Source of the DNA: an uncultured Candidatus Saccharibacteria bacterium
GTDB lineage: Bacteria > Patescibacteriota > Minisyncoccia > Phycocordibacterales > DATDWN01
Assembly: GCA_964468795.1 (NCBI GenBank)
Contig: CAYXWL010000014.1
Coordinates: forward strand, 22,376 to 86,375
DNA: 64,000 nucleotides
Direction of reading: 5' to 3'
In this document: in pieces, positions 18,531-28,142 of the stretch
Layout of the letters: each line of letters begins with the position of its first letter
Position numbering within the stretch: the stretch's first letter is position 1
The notes under the pieces: model-generated
The model's input: only the letters and a program-made list of their open reading frames with translations
What the model was told of the DNA's origin: nothing
The model's database searches: none
Program-made: the position numbers and the translations under genes

Positions 18531-19814
18531 ATGTATACTCCTCGTATGAAAACCAAACCTTTCGATCCGTATGAATTTTCTAAAAAAATCATAAAAGGCG
18601 TGCCTGTTTATTACAAAACTGTCGATTCCTCGCCATGTGTTTTTGTACAGATTTCCTTTAACGTTGGATGCTCGAATGATCCCAAAGAAATTGTTGGCTT
18701 GTCGCACTTTTTGGAGCACATGATTTTTGACGGTTCGCCAAAAATACCAAACAAGAAAGCTGTTGAAGAGTGGTCTAGAGTTAATACCTTTAAATCATGG
18801 AATGCCTGGACATCTCGCACTGACACAACGTACCACCTCAGATGCCTGCCAGAAAAGATAGATACTATTTTAGATGGAATGGAAGATATGATATTTCATC
18901 CCCTGCTCCGAGCCGAGGATGTGGAGCATGAAAGAAGCGTAATCACCCAAGAAGCTTGGGGAAGATATAAAAATGATAAGTATCTCAAATATCGGAAAGA
19001 AATTACTAAGAATTTCTTTCATGGCACAACCATGGAAGATTGTGATAGTCCGCTTGGGTGGCCAGAAACGGTAGCAAAAATTTCAAGAGAAGAAGTTGCT
19101 CAATGGCATAAGAAAAATTACGGCCGAGGCAACTTCTTCATGGTTGTTGGCGGAGCAATTAACGACAAGACTTTACATAAGATAGAAAAATTTCTTGAGA
19201 GGATTCCTAAAGCAAAAGAGATTAACCGTTCAAAGAGCGTATTTAAAAAACCGCTTAATTCTCATGTCGTAAAAACAGGCGATGAAATAGGGCAAATAAA
19301 GGAACAGGCTGAAGTTGCATTTGAAAGAATTCTGCCTGTTGAGAAAAATTTTGACGAAGAAACAAACTCGATGCTTGCCGAACTAACATACGATCTTTTA
19401 TTTGAAAGGCTTAGAACAGAAAGAGCTTTATGCTATAGCGTCCATATTGAATCATTCACTTCTCCTCTATACGTCGCTTGGGCTGCCGGACTAAGAGTTG
19501 ATGAAAAAAATATCGAGGTTGTAAAAAAAGAATTTAGAAGAGCTTTGCAGGATATAATTAAAGGCAAAGAAAAAGCTAGATTTGAAACTTTGAAAAAAAT
19601 GCGGATTGAAAGACTCAAGGCGGCGGAAGAAGTTACAGAAGATATCGCCTATCACGCTATCAATCAATTGAGAAACAAAGGGAAAATAACCCCTAGAAAA
19701 GAAAGTATGAGAAAGAGAGTTAAGGTAACATATGCAGATGTAGTAGCCTGCCTAAAACAAGCCTTCGATGCTAAGTGGACGGTTACAGAGGTAATCCTGC
19801 CTTCAAAAAAATAA
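18531..19814 (+). CDS. M16-family (pitrilysin/insulinase-like) zinc metallopeptidase
   Basis: HFLEHMIF inverted zinc motif (HxxEH). Alternative start MKTKPF at 18546. Confidence 0.75.
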   Translation: MYTPRMKTKPFDPYEFSKKIIKGVPVYYKTVDSSPCVFVQISFNVGCSNDPKEIVGLSHFLEHMIFDGSPKIPNKKAVEEWSRVNTFKSWNAWTSRTDTTYHLRCLPEKIDTILDGMEDMIFHPLLRAEDVEHERSVITQEAWGRYKNDKYLKYRKEITKNFFHGTTMEDCDSPLGWPETVAKISREEVAQWHKKNYGRGNFFMVVGGAINDKTLHKIEKFLERIPKAKEINRSKSVFKKPLNSHVVKTGDEIGQIKEQAEVAFERILPVEKNFDEETNSMLAELTYDLLFERLRTERALCYSVHIESFTSPLYVAWAAGLRVDEKNIEVVKKEFRRALQDIIKGKEKARFETLKKMRIERLKAAEEVTEDIAYHAINQLRNKGKITPRKESMRKRVKVTYADVVACLKQAFDAKWTVTEVILPSKK

Positions 19815-20028
19815 AATAATATAAATTAAATATCCGGGTTACCAGATATTTTAGTGCCCAGGAGAGGAGTCTCTGTAATATTATTCTCGCCGACGTTCGA
19901 ATAATATTACAGCGCAGATTCGCTACAAGCGCTGGTGGGCTCGTGCACCGCGAATCTGTTCGAGTCCCCCACGCAAAGCCATGCTTTGCTCTGGGCAAAC
20001 AAAAAAGCCGCATTCGCAGCTTTTTGTT

Positions 20029-20113
20029 TGGTGCCCAGGAGAGGACTCGAACCTCCACACCTTACGGCACACCCACCTCAAGGGTGCTTGTCTACCAATT
20101 TCAACACCTGGGC
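20029..20113 (-). tRNA. tRNA-Leu (GAG), CCA encoded
   Basis: Acceptor GCCCAGG/CCTGGGC, anticodon stem CACCC/GGGTG, loop TTGAGGT, long variable arm, T-loop TTCGAGT, 3' ACCA. Confidence 0.8.
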
Positions 20114-20149
20114 AATATGTGCAGTATAGATAAATTAAGACTTTTTTTC

Positions 20150-20176
20150 AATCAAAAAAACCGCTTTCGCGGTTTT
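20150..20176 (-). terminator. rho-independent terminator downstream of rplS
   Basis: aaaaaccgc-gaaa-gcggttttt hairpin with a T-run. Confidence 0.6.
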
Positions 20177-20596
20177 TTATTCTGCTGGTTTTTCTTCTGT
20201 TGCTGGAGATTCTTCTACTACCTCTTCCTCTGCCACTGGAGCGTCCGGAAGGGCCTGGATATTTCTCATCTGTCTTCGAATCTCCTTTGCTGCCTTGTCT
20301 CTAATGTGATAAAGCTTTGCTCTTCTAACCTTTGATCTCTTTACAGTTTCAACTGAATCAATCATTGGAGAGTATAGAGGGAAAATCTTTTCAACCCCTA
20401 CTCCTGAAGCTACTCGCCTAACTGTGAAAGTAGATCCTGCCTCCTTGCCGTGCTTTACAGCAATAACTAAGCCTTCAAAAGCCTGAAGTCGAGTCTTTCC
20501 CTTTTCCTGAATCTTCTGCCATACTCGAACTGTATCTCCTGATCGAATATCAAGATTTTTTCGCTCATTTAATTTCACTGGTGATTGGACTGCCAT
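20177..20596 (-). CDS. rplS: 50S ribosomal protein L19 with acidic C-terminal extension
   Basis: [38 protein letters not shown], a typical L19 sequence. Confidence 0.85.
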   Translation of the reverse strand: MAVQSPVKLNERKNLDIRSGDTVRVWQKIQEKGKTRLQAFEGLVIAVKHGKEAGSTFTVRRVASGVGVEKIFPLYSPMIDSVETVKRSKVRRAKLYHIRDKAAKEIRRQMRNIQALPDAPVAEEEVVEESPATEEKPAE

Positions 20597-20620
20597 ATAG
20601 ATGCCTAATTTAGCACATGA

Positions 20621-21340
20621 TTACAAGCTTTGCAATAGAGAGACAGCATTTTTAAAGTCCTCTGGATAATCAGCTAATATTTCATGCCTATTGCCATTTA
20701 AATCAGAAAAAACGGCTTTATATGAATGTAGCCCAAGTCTCTCTAAACCGAGGGCTTTTTTGTGATTTGGAGCATATAGACTATCTGAAACCAAGGGGTA
20801 GCTTATGGCCTTAAAATGCACCCTAATCTGGTGAGTTCTGCCAGTTTTAGGATATACCTCAACCAGAGAGAAGCCACCGTGTCTTGATAGTACTTTATAT
20901 TCCGTAACAGCTTCCCTCATCTGCCCTCTCGCACCCCTTTGAGCAGACCACATTCGAAAATCTTTTGAGCTCCTGCCTATCGGACGATCAATAATTCCGC
21001 TATCATTTTTCATTTCTCCATTTACCAAAGCGTGATAGATTTTTTCTACCTCATGATTCTGAAATTGCTTTTTCAAACATTCAAACCCTTCTTGTGTTTT
21101 GGCAACAAGCATTACGCCGGATGTTTCCCTGTCGAGCCTGTGCACTATTCCTGATCTAAGTATCTCTTCCCCAGATTCCTTTACCCAAGGCTCCCCCACA
21201 TTTTTAATGCTTGGATATTTTTCTAAAAGCCAATCAACCAAATTTTTTTCATCAGTCTTTCCGTCGCTATGCACAACAAGCCCGGCAGGCTTATTTATAG
21301 CAAGCATATCATTGTCTTCGAATAATATTTTTGGTTCCAT
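20621..21340 (-). CDS. RluA-family pseudouridine synthase
   Basis: HRLDRETSGVMLVAK catalytic-Asp motif. Confidence 0.8.
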   Translation of the reverse strand: MEPKILFEDNDMLAINKPAGLVVHSDGKTDEKNLVDWLLEKYPSIKNVGEPWVKESGEEILRSGIVHRLDRETSGVMLVAKTQEGFECLKKQFQNHEVEKIYHALVNGEMKNDSGIIDRPIGRSSKDFRMWSAQRGARGQMREAVTEYKVLSRHGGFSLVEVYPKTGRTHQIRVHFKAISYPLVSDSLYAPNHKKALGLERLGLHSYKAVFSDLNGNRHEILADYPEDFKNAVSLLQSL

Positions 21341-21341
21341 G

Positions 21342-22034
21342 TCATTTTCCTACCCTCCTTTCTCTGTTTCCGTACCGGTTCAATATATCCAAAAATTCTT
21401 CCTGGGAAAAATCTGGCCAGAGGGTTTCAGTGAAAAAAAGTTCGCTATACACTCCCTGCCAAGGAAGAAAGCCAGACAATCTCATTTCTCCCGACGTCCT
21501 TATTATTATGTCAGGATCGGGCATAGGATATGTCTGCAAATTTTTTTCAAAGACTTTTTCGTCTATTTCATCGGCTGATATCCCGCTTTTAATAATTTTT
21601 TTAATTGCAGAAATAATCTCTGCCCTCCCCCCGTAGTTTAAAGCAAAATATACATGTGGCCCACTGTTATCTTTTGTTTCCTCTTTGGAGTTTATCAATT
21701 TATTTTTAAGATCTGGACTGAATTTCTCTATATCTCCAGCAAAGTGCAGTACACCACCTTCCTTTTTAAAATGCCCTATTTCATTTTCCAGAAAACTGCC
21801 TATTAAATTTAAAAGATAGGATACTTCTTCTTCGCTTCTATTCCAGTTTTCAGTAGAAAAAGTATAGAGTATTATATGCTCTACTCCGGCATCTTTTGCC
21901 CACTTCACAACCTGTTTTATTTTTTCACCGCCAGCCTTATGTCCTTCTAAAGATAGTTTGCCATTTTTTTTGGCCCACCTCCTGTTGCCATCCATAATTA
22001 TTCCGACGCATTTAGGCAATGTCATTTTGTCCAT
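21342..22034 (-). CDS. uppS: undecaprenyl diphosphate synthase
   Basis: GIIMDGNRRWAKK cis-prenyltransferase motif. Confidence 0.85.
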   Translation of the reverse strand: MDKMTLPKCVGIIMDGNRRWAKKNGKLSLEGHKAGGEKIKQVVKWAKDAGVEHIILYTFSTENWNRSEEEVSYLLNLIGSFLENEIGHFKKEGGVLHFAGDIEKFSPDLKNKLINSKEETKDNSGPHVYFALNYGGRAEIISAIKKIIKSGISADEIDEKVFEKNLQTYPMPDPDIIIRTSGEMRLSGFLPWQGVYSELFFTETLWPDFSQEEFLDILNRYGNRERRVGK

Positions 22035-22085
22035 TCTACATATATTTTACAAATTGAACAATATGATATATTCTATGTGGCATAC

Positions 22086-22158
22086 GCGCGATTAGCTCAG
22101 TTGGTAGAGCAACCCGTTTACACCGGGTAGGTCATAGGTTCGAGTCCTGTATCGCGCA
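22086..22158 (+). tRNA. tRNA-Val (TAC)
   Basis: Acceptor GCGCGAT/ATCGCGC, D-stem GCTC/GAGC, anticodon stem ACCCG/CGGGT, loop TTTACAC. Confidence 0.8.
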
Positions 22159-22414
22159 CAAAATGCATTTTGTGCCAGGACTCGAACGGCGGAGCGATTC
22201 TTGGTTTAACAAAACCAAGACGCGAGCCGGTGCCTAGACCTCCAATGAGCGACGGCGAATTGGAGAGTGGAGGGAGAGATTCCTGTATCGCGCACAACAA
22301 AACCCCATTTGGGGTTTTTGCTATAGAGATTCCAGTATCGCACACTGTAAGGATCGAGTCCTGGCAACGCTTCCCATTTTCTAATATCAATTTTTGTGTT
22401 ATCCTACTGTCATT

Positions 22415-22486
22415 GCTCTCGTAGTTCAATGGATAGAACCGCGGACTTCTAAGCCGCTGATGTAAGTTCGATTCTTACCGAGAGCG
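22415..22486 (+). tRNA. tRNA-Arg (TCT)
   Basis: Acceptor GCTCTCG/CGAGAGC, D-stem GTTC/GAAC, anticodon loop CTTCTAA (one A-G mismatch closing the stem), T-arm GTAAG-TTCGATT-CTTAC. Confidence 0.65.
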
Positions 22487-22511
22487 CATTTTGAGGTAAG
22501 GAATGATTATT

Positions 22512-22850
22512 TTACTGATTTAGCAGAGGATCCTTTGGGGTCTCTTTTAGGTTCAAATCAACATAGCTGTCTTCTCTTGCCTTTATTTCATCTAAAGTTT
22601 TTTTGAATAAATCCTGATTGACTCTAGTTTCGTTCAATTTGTTAGAATCTTTTATTGAGAAAAAGCTACCACTATCTACTTTAATATAAAAATAGACTGC
22701 AAATACGGAAAAGGCCAAAGTAATTATTGTAAAAGAAATCAGCATCCACTCCCATTCTTTTCTAGGCCTAATCTCATCCCTTTTCGGTAATTTTACTACT
22801 GGATTTTTGGATCCAAATACATTATGAAATTTTGAAAAGATTTTACTCAT
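22512..22850 (-). CDS. membrane-anchored hypothetical protein (possible pilus-assembly accessory, PilP-like position)
   Basis: Single TM. Called from its position downstream of pilMNO-like genes. Confidence 0.3.
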   Translation of the reverse strand: MSKIFSKFHNVFGSKNPVVKLPKRDEIRPRKEWEWMLISFTIITLAFSVFAVYFYIKVDSGSFFSIKDSNKLNETRVNQDLFKKTLDEIKAREDSYVDLNLKETPKDPLLNQ

Positions 22851-22854
22851 AATT

Positions 22855-23442
22855 TTATTTGTTTTCCAGAACTAATATATCATACACTCCTGTCCAAATA
22901 TTCGGAGTCTTTTTGCCTTGAGGTGAAACTCCTCCTGATATTCCTTCTATTGCAGCACTGCTTATCTTTATCCTTGTAGTTAGCGACTCTAGCTCGTTAG
23001 AAAACTTGTATACTCCTGTCCAAGTTCCCGAAACCCTTATTTTTGCATTGAGTCTAAGATAATTTATCTTGTTCTTATCTTTTTCGTTGTCAGACAAAAT
23101 GCCCAGGGATTCAATATCTATTTTCAATGAATATTTCTTGGCGATATCTTCGATTTTTTCAATAAAGGCAACATCGCCACCTTTTTCAATTATGGAAGCG
23201 TCTATTTTCGAAACTTCTATCTTGTTATTTTCGAAAAATATCTCGTTGCTTTTCAAATAATCTTGCCTTGTATTGAGCAGAGCCAGTTCAGAGTTTAGAT
23301 TGGCAATCTTTTCGTTTCTTGTCTGTATGTCGCTATAGATATAGTAAATAGCGCCTATTACTGCAAGGATAGAAACTGAAAGTATTATAATAGTTTTTGT
23401 ATATTTTTTGTTCTCCATTTTATTTTGCTTGATCAGAAACAA
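22855..23442 (-). CDS. type IV pilus assembly protein PilO-like
   Basis: N-terminal TM plus coiled-coil plus C-terminal domain, following PilN. Confidence 0.45.
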   Translation of the reverse strand: MFLIKQNKMENKKYTKTIIILSVSILAVIGAIYYIYSDIQTRNEKIANLNSELALLNTRQDYLKSNEIFFENNKIEVSKIDASIIEKGGDVAFIEKIEDIAKKYSLKIDIESLGILSDNEKDKNKINYLRLNAKIRVSGTWTGVYKFSNELESLTTRIKISSAAIEGISGGVSPQGKKTPNIWTGVYDILVLENK

Positions 23443-23968
23443 CCAAATTTATAGAAAACTCTATGTCTTTTTCTTTGGCATAGTTGGAAATCGGTATATC
23501 AACAGATTTGAATTTTGATGATGCCTGAAGCTTTTTTGACAGAAGAACTAGATTCTCCCTCGAATCAGCTATCCCTCCTACTGTCACAACAGCCGTGCTT
23601 GTAGCCACCATCCTGTAAGCAACTTGGTCTATGATTATGCCTGAGAACTTTTGAGCCAAGATCGTATCAACTATAGGATTAAATTTCCTGTAATCCAAAA
23701 CTGAGTTCATTACCTGCATTTTTAAGTTCAAAGACTTGATAGCCTCAGTGGTAGGACCGACATTTAAAGACGTGAGATAATTATTCATTTTTTCAGCCTG
23801 AGCCTCAACTTGCATACCCTTATAGGTAGATGAGAACCAAGTTGGCAAAATAAGGACAAGCACCATGCACAGTATTAAAAATGCTGTAAAAAGTATTGCC
23901 ACCGCTCTCCTCTGAGTATACTCGGCCTTGAGGGATTTTTTTATATCTGGAGGTAATAAGTTAAACAT
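23420..23968 (-). CDS. pilN: type IV pilus assembly protein PilN
   Basis: N-terminal FNLLPPD (INLLP-type motif) followed by a TM segment. Confidence 0.6.
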   Translation of the reverse strand: MFNLLPPDIKKSLKAEYTQRRAVAILFTAFLILCMVLVLILPTWFSSTYKGMQVEAQAEKMNNYLTSLNVGPTTEAIKSLNLKMQVMNSVLDYRKFNPIVDTILAQKFSGIIIDQVAYRMVATSTAVVTVGGIADSRENLVLLSKKLQASSKFKSVDIPISNYAKEKDIEFSINLVVSDQAK

Positions 23969-23972
23969 ATTT

Positions 23973-24953
23973 TTACATTAGCGTATCATCTGGAAGGGCA
24001 AGCCCCACAGCACCAGCGAACTTTAGGGATTCATTGAAGTCTATATTTGGAACTGATTTGTTAATATCAAATGCATTTAGCCACACATTTCCATAAACCA
24101 CCGGCGTGCTCATGTGGGAAAAAAGATAAGCCGCTATTGATTCATCAAACCCTTCACCGCATATTATTATCTGTTCAATTTTTTTCTCCGGATTGCCGGC
24201 ATTTTCTTTTAAGGTGTGCCAGTAGATATAAAGCTTGCTCACTTCCTGAAGCAAAAAGCTGGGATTGTTTCCAAGTTCGCCCTTCAAGGCTACAGTAGAC
24301 GTAAACCTCACTGTTCCAGAAGTCTCTATGTATAAACCGACTTTATCCTTGAAGAAATTTATAATGAGGCAAGTATTTGGGCTTTCAGCTGAAGTTAATG
24401 CCCTTACAATAGCCTGCGATTCTATTTCCAAAACCAAAGGCTTTAATCCTGCAGACAAGATGCACTCGGTGTATGTGCTTACAATGCTAGTTGGAAAGTT
24501 TGATACTACGATATCAAGCTGTTCTTTTTGGTTATTTAAAAATACTTTGTAATCGTAAATGAGCTCACTTGGAGAAACTGGTACGTTCTCCTCTATTTTA
24601 GACTCTACTGCGCTTTTTATATCGGCACCTTTAACTATTGGTAGCTTGGTTGTGAAAAGATAAGCTTTTTCTTCGGGCAAAGAAACTTTTACGTATTCAA
24701 GTCCCATTTCAGCCTTGAGAGTGCTCAAAACTTTTACAAGCTCCTCCTTGTTCAGTATATCTCCTGAATTTATGGTGTCTGGAGGCAAAGGCACTTCTTT
24801 GTATTTTTTTATCTTGTGCTGTCTGGCGCCTTTTTCAAATTCAATTGCCCTGACAAATTGGTCAGTTATATGTATACCGGCAAAAGGAAAGTCTAAAAAC
24901 TTTGGAGTTGGAAATGCTACGAATATTTTATCTAAAAAGCTGCTAGTGCTCAT
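23973..24953 (-). CDS. pilM: type IV pilus assembly protein PilM (actin-like ATPase fold)
   Basis: About 326 aa; sits immediately upstream of PilN. Confidence 0.55.
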   Translation of the reverse strand: MSTSSFLDKIFVAFPTPKFLDFPFAGIHITDQFVRAIEFEKGARQHKIKKYKEVPLPPDTINSGDILNKEELVKVLSTLKAEMGLEYVKVSLPEEKAYLFTTKLPIVKGADIKSAVESKIEENVPVSPSELIYDYKVFLNNQKEQLDIVVSNFPTSIVSTYTECILSAGLKPLVLEIESQAIVRALTSAESPNTCLIINFFKDKVGLYIETSGTVRFTSTVALKGELGNNPSFLLQEVSKLYIYWHTLKENAGNPEKKIEQIIICGEGFDESIAAYLFSHMSTPVVYGNVWLNAFDINKSVPNIDFNESLKFAGAVGLALPDDTLM

Positions 24954-25010
24954 TTATCAAATTATATCGCATAGCAGAATAAAAAGAAATTTAAAACTGT
25001 TTATTTTACT

Positions 25011-25379
25011 TTATTTAACAGAGCATCCAGGAGTAACGCTGTCGTTAGTTTGAAGAAGTGAGAAAAATTCTTGAGGCTCTCCATCTCCTGCCGAAAGTTG
25101 TCCGCTGACAGCCAATATCATACCCTGGCTTTCGAAGCCCCTTATCACCCTAGGCTCGAGGTTGGCGGCAAAAGCCACACTCTTCCCCACAAGCACTTGT
25201 GGTTCTGGAAAGTATTTTGATATGCCAGAAACTATCTGCCTTGGTTTTTCTTCGCCCATATCCACCGAGAGCTTCAGAAGCTTGTCTGCTCCTTCAATTT
25301 TTTCTGCAGAAAGGATCTTGCCTATCTTTATATCCAGCTTGTGAAAATCGTCTATTGTAATTGTCGGTTTAGTTTCCAT
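25011..25379 (-). CDS. tRNA-binding domain protein (CsaA/Trbp111/MetRS C-terminal-like)
   Basis: FHKLDIKIGKILSAEKIEGADKLLKLSVDMGEEKPRQIVSGI, an OB-fold tRNA-binding signature. Confidence 0.7.
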   Translation of the reverse strand: METKPTITIDDFHKLDIKIGKILSAEKIEGADKLLKLSVDMGEEKPRQIVSGISKYFPEPQVLVGKSVAFAANLEPRVIRGFESQGMILAVSGQLSAGDGEPQEFFSLLQTNDSVTPGCSVK

Positions 25380-25770
25380 TTTTTTCTTTGTTATTTTTCG
25401 TATCTAAATAGCTTTGCAATATTAGCGCCGCCGCAGAAGCATCATGCATTTCATTTTTACCCTGAAATCTCTCTGCTGCTTGCGAAGTCATGAATTCTGG
25501 ATGGGATTCTACTTCAAGTCGAAGCTCGTCTGTAAGTTTCTGAACAAAGGGTCTTATTTCTTCCATTATTTTGTTATCCTGCCCCGAAAAATCCTTTGAC
25601 TCTCCTACCACTATCATTCCTATATTGTTTATATTTGATAACTCCTTCAGCTCAGAAATAAGTTCGGGAGAATTCTCTAACACTTCCAGAGGAAATGCCA
25701 GCTTTAGATCTTCGTCTGAAATAGCAACACCAACCCTTTTTCCTCCATAATCTATTCCCATGTATCTCAT
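25369..25770 (-). CDS. ruvX: Holliday-junction resolvase-like protein RuvX/YqgF
   Basis: MRYMGIDYGGKRVGVAISDED N-terminal motif. Confidence 0.8.
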   Translation of the reverse strand: MRYMGIDYGGKRVGVAISDEDLKLAFPLEVLENSPELISELKELSNINNIGMIVVGESKDFSGQDNKIMEEIRPFVQKLTDELRLEVESHPEFMTSQAAERFQGKNEMHDASAAALILQSYLDTKNNKEKNGN

Positions 25771-25834
25771 AAAATCAGTTTACAGCAAAATCTGGCTAAT
25801 TGCATTATCATAGTTTTTTGCTATTATTGCCTTC

Positions 25835-26056
25835 ATGGATACGGTAGTAATAAATAGCGTTCCATTAAAATACCTTGTTTTGATGGCTGTATGGACTTTG
25901 CCTTGGAAAGGTTTAGCCCTATGGCACTCTGCGAGACTTTCGCACAAAAGATGGTTTATTGTACTCCTCATTGTAAATACAATGGCAATTCTAGATATAT
26001 ACTACATATATTTTGTTGCCAACAAGTACACAGTTGAGACAATAGAAACAAAATAA
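25835..26056 (+). CDS. small hypothetical 2-TM membrane protein
   Basis: ORF only, 73 aa. Confidence 0.2.
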   Translation: MDTVVINSVPLKYLVLMAVWTLPWKGLALWHSARLSHKRWFIVLLIVNTMAILDIYYIYFVANKYTVETIETK

Positions 26057-26060
26057 ATAC

Positions 26061-26147
26061 GGATGGGTGGCTGAGTGGTCTAAAGCAACGGTCTTGAAAA
26101 CCGTCACCTGGGTAACTGGGTCGTGAGTTCGAATCTCACCCCATCCG
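26061..26147 (+). tRNA. tRNA-Ser (TGA)
   Basis: Acceptor GGATGGG/CCCATCC, anticodon stem ACGGT/ACCGT, loop CTTGAAA, long variable arm, T-arm GTGAG-TTCGAAT-CTCAC, discriminator G. Confidence 0.8.
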
Positions 26148-27608
26148 CATAGTAATATTATCGTCATCTTTTGACATCAAATCAAAAGGAGAATGCAAAG
26201 TAAAATCTAGCTTTTTTTGATTTAACACACAGTTCTGGAGTAAGAAACTTAAAAGTTGTCGTTTTTCATTTACTTCGGAACTCATAAAAATCTCTTTTGC
26301 TCTCTTGGCTATACTCAAGAGTATATTTGCTGTTACATAAAATTGTTCATCTGCTACAGAATGGTCACCCATTAACTCTAATATTTCAGCTTGTCTAGAT
26401 TTATATTCGGTTAATAACTTGTCATACATTTCTCCCGTAAGACGGCCGTCCAATCTGTCCTCGTACATCTTCCTTATTCTTATCTCATATTTATCGTAAT
26501 CAGCTTTCAAACTATTCATGCTGTTTTTATGGAACTTGTTTTCACTATCACCTAAATATCTCAATCCACTTTTTATTTCTTCAATTCTCTCATCTGATAA
26601 CTTAATGCTGTCCAAAATAGTATTCACTTGATCAATCAATTCACTTTCAGGCACATAAACTCTTTCACAGTTTTTATACCCTGAACAACTGTAATAAGCA
26701 TATTTACCCTTTTTAAGTTGTCCTCCAACAACACCTCCGCACTTAGAACAAGTTATTAATCCTCTAAACACAAAAGGTTTTGATGCATACTTTGTTGGAA
26801 CTTTATTGTGTCGCTCCATTACTTCCTGACATTTTTCAAATAATTCTTTTGAGACTATAGGTTTATATCTATGGGCATACAGTAATTTATGAGTCCTTGA
26901 ATATGCTTTACCGCAATAAAAATGGTTATTTAGCATATTAAATATCATTGCATGATTTACTTTTCCTCCTTCCTTACTTCGCAAACCAAAATCATACATT
27001 CTGTCAGATAGAGTAACAAAAGATACATCTCCCTTGGAATATTCCTCAAATGTCTTAACGACTAGATGAGCTTTTCCATCTGGAACAACATCAACTCTTC
27101 TCATCCTTAGTGGATTATTGTTATATACACTTTTGTATCCAAGTGGAGGTGCTCCGGTTATATCTCCATCTTCTCTCATCTTGCCTTGCTTTCTCTTTAG
27201 GTTATCACTCAATTGCAATACATAATTTCTAGCAAACAGGACTGACATATCCCACCTCATAAGATCAGCACTATTTGAATTTTTATTTATTACCAAGTTC
27301 TCTCTATAAAAATGAAGCTCGACCTTTTCTGCTTTTCTTAAATCATCAAATACAACTGACTCTCTGAAACTTCTTTGTAGTCTGTCTACAGTATCAACCA
27401 CCAAAGCCAAAGGTTCTTTAGATCTTTGTATTATTTCAATAATCTCATGAAACTTTTTTCTATCTCCTTTGGTTGATGACTCTTTAAGTTTAAACACTTT
27501 CCACTCCTCTAAATCTCTGTTTTTTACATAGGACATTATTCTAGATAACTGTGCTTCGTTTGAGTCCTGATTTTTGTCAGAAACTCTAGCTAATATAATT
27601 GTTTTCAT
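26136..27608 (-). CDS. large serine recombinase (resolvase catalytic domain + recombinase domain + zinc ribbon)
   Basis: ILARVSDKNQ catalytic-Ser motif and VVDTVDRLQRSF. C-terminal CSKCGG...YYSCSGYKNCE Zn-ribbon. Stop codon lies inside the tRNA-Ser 3' end. Confidence 0.85.
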   Translation of the reverse strand: MKTIILARVSDKNQDSNEAQLSRIMSYVKNRDLEEWKVFKLKESSTKGDRKKFHEIIEIIQRSKEPLALVVDTVDRLQRSFRESVVFDDLRKAEKVELHFYRENLVINKNSNSADLMRWDMSVLFARNYVLQLSDNLKRKQGKMREDGDITGAPPLGYKSVYNNNPLRMRRVDVVPDGKAHLVVKTFEEYSKGDVSFVTLSDRMYDFGLRSKEGGKVNHAMIFNMLNNHFYCGKAYSRTHKLLYAHRYKPIVSKELFEKCQEVMERHNKVPTKYASKPFVFRGLITCSKCGGVVGGQLKKGKYAYYSCSGYKNCERVYVPESELIDQVNTILDSIKLSDERIEEIKSGLRYLGDSENKFHKNSMNSLKADYDKYEIRIRKMYEDRLDGRLTGEMYDKLLTEYKSRQAEILELMGDHSVADEQFYVTANILLSIAKRAKEIFMSSEVNEKRQLLSFLLQNCVLNQKKLDFTLHSPFDLMSKDDDNITMRMG

Positions 27609-27627
27609 CTTTTTGTTATTTATTATT

Positions 27628-27975
27628 TTATAAGACTTTATTAATTTTCTCTGCCTCTGCTTTGGCTTTCTGTTGGTAACTTAAATACTCCTTTCTGTTT
27701 ATTGCATACATAGTTGAGTTGCTTAAAAACCTCTCTAGAACCTTAGCCATCGTGGTTTTTTGTAACTTAGCTATATATCTCAAAACGTTAAGATAATTAA
27801 TTCCCAATCTAACTAGTTTAGTTTTCCGGAAAGTCCGTCTTTTAGCTCTATTCTTAGAATTATCCCAAGACTTTCCGATCTCCACCCTCAACTCATCAAT
27901 CCAACCTTTATAATCAAATTCTTTAACTTTTTTCATATTTTGTTTACAATTTTTAATTATCATTTTTCCCCTCAT
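27628..27975 (-). CDS. small basic protein, possible HTH/DNA-binding
   Basis: 115 aa, Lys/Arg-rich. Adjacent to the recombinase. Confidence 0.3.
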   Translation of the reverse strand: MRGKMIIKNCKQNMKKVKEFDYKGWIDELRVEIGKSWDNSKNRAKRRTFRKTKLVRLGINYLNVLRYIAKLQKTTMAKVLERFLSNSTMYAINRKEYLSYQQKAKAEAEKINKVL

Positions 27976-28142
27976 CCATACATATTTTCTTTTGTAATGT
28001 TTATATTCTTTTCAATCAGTTAGGCTCCTCAGTTCCTAAATTTTTGTCTGACAAAAGAAATAAAAAGTTATTTATTGATGAGCATGTGAGGTCCCCCGTT
28101 GGATGACTCCAGAGCGGGGACTTGCACTTGCTCACCAATAAA

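Noticed and set aside
18318-18719. 133-aa minus-strand ORF
   Set aside because: It spans tRNA-His and the M16 peptidase start, and its composition is atypical; treated as spurious.
19783-20335. ORFs 19783-20058(-), 19935-20129(+), 19943-20335(+)
   Set aside because: They overlap tRNA-Leu, its repeat scar and the rplS terminator; non-coding.
22118-22429. ORFs 22118-22429(-) and 22170-22424(+)
   Set aside because: They cover tRNA-Val and tRNA-Arg and the tRNA-fragment repeats.
25780-25971. 63-aa minus-strand ORF
   Set aside because: Short, with no RBS or motifs, and it overlaps the more plausible 25835-26056 ORF.
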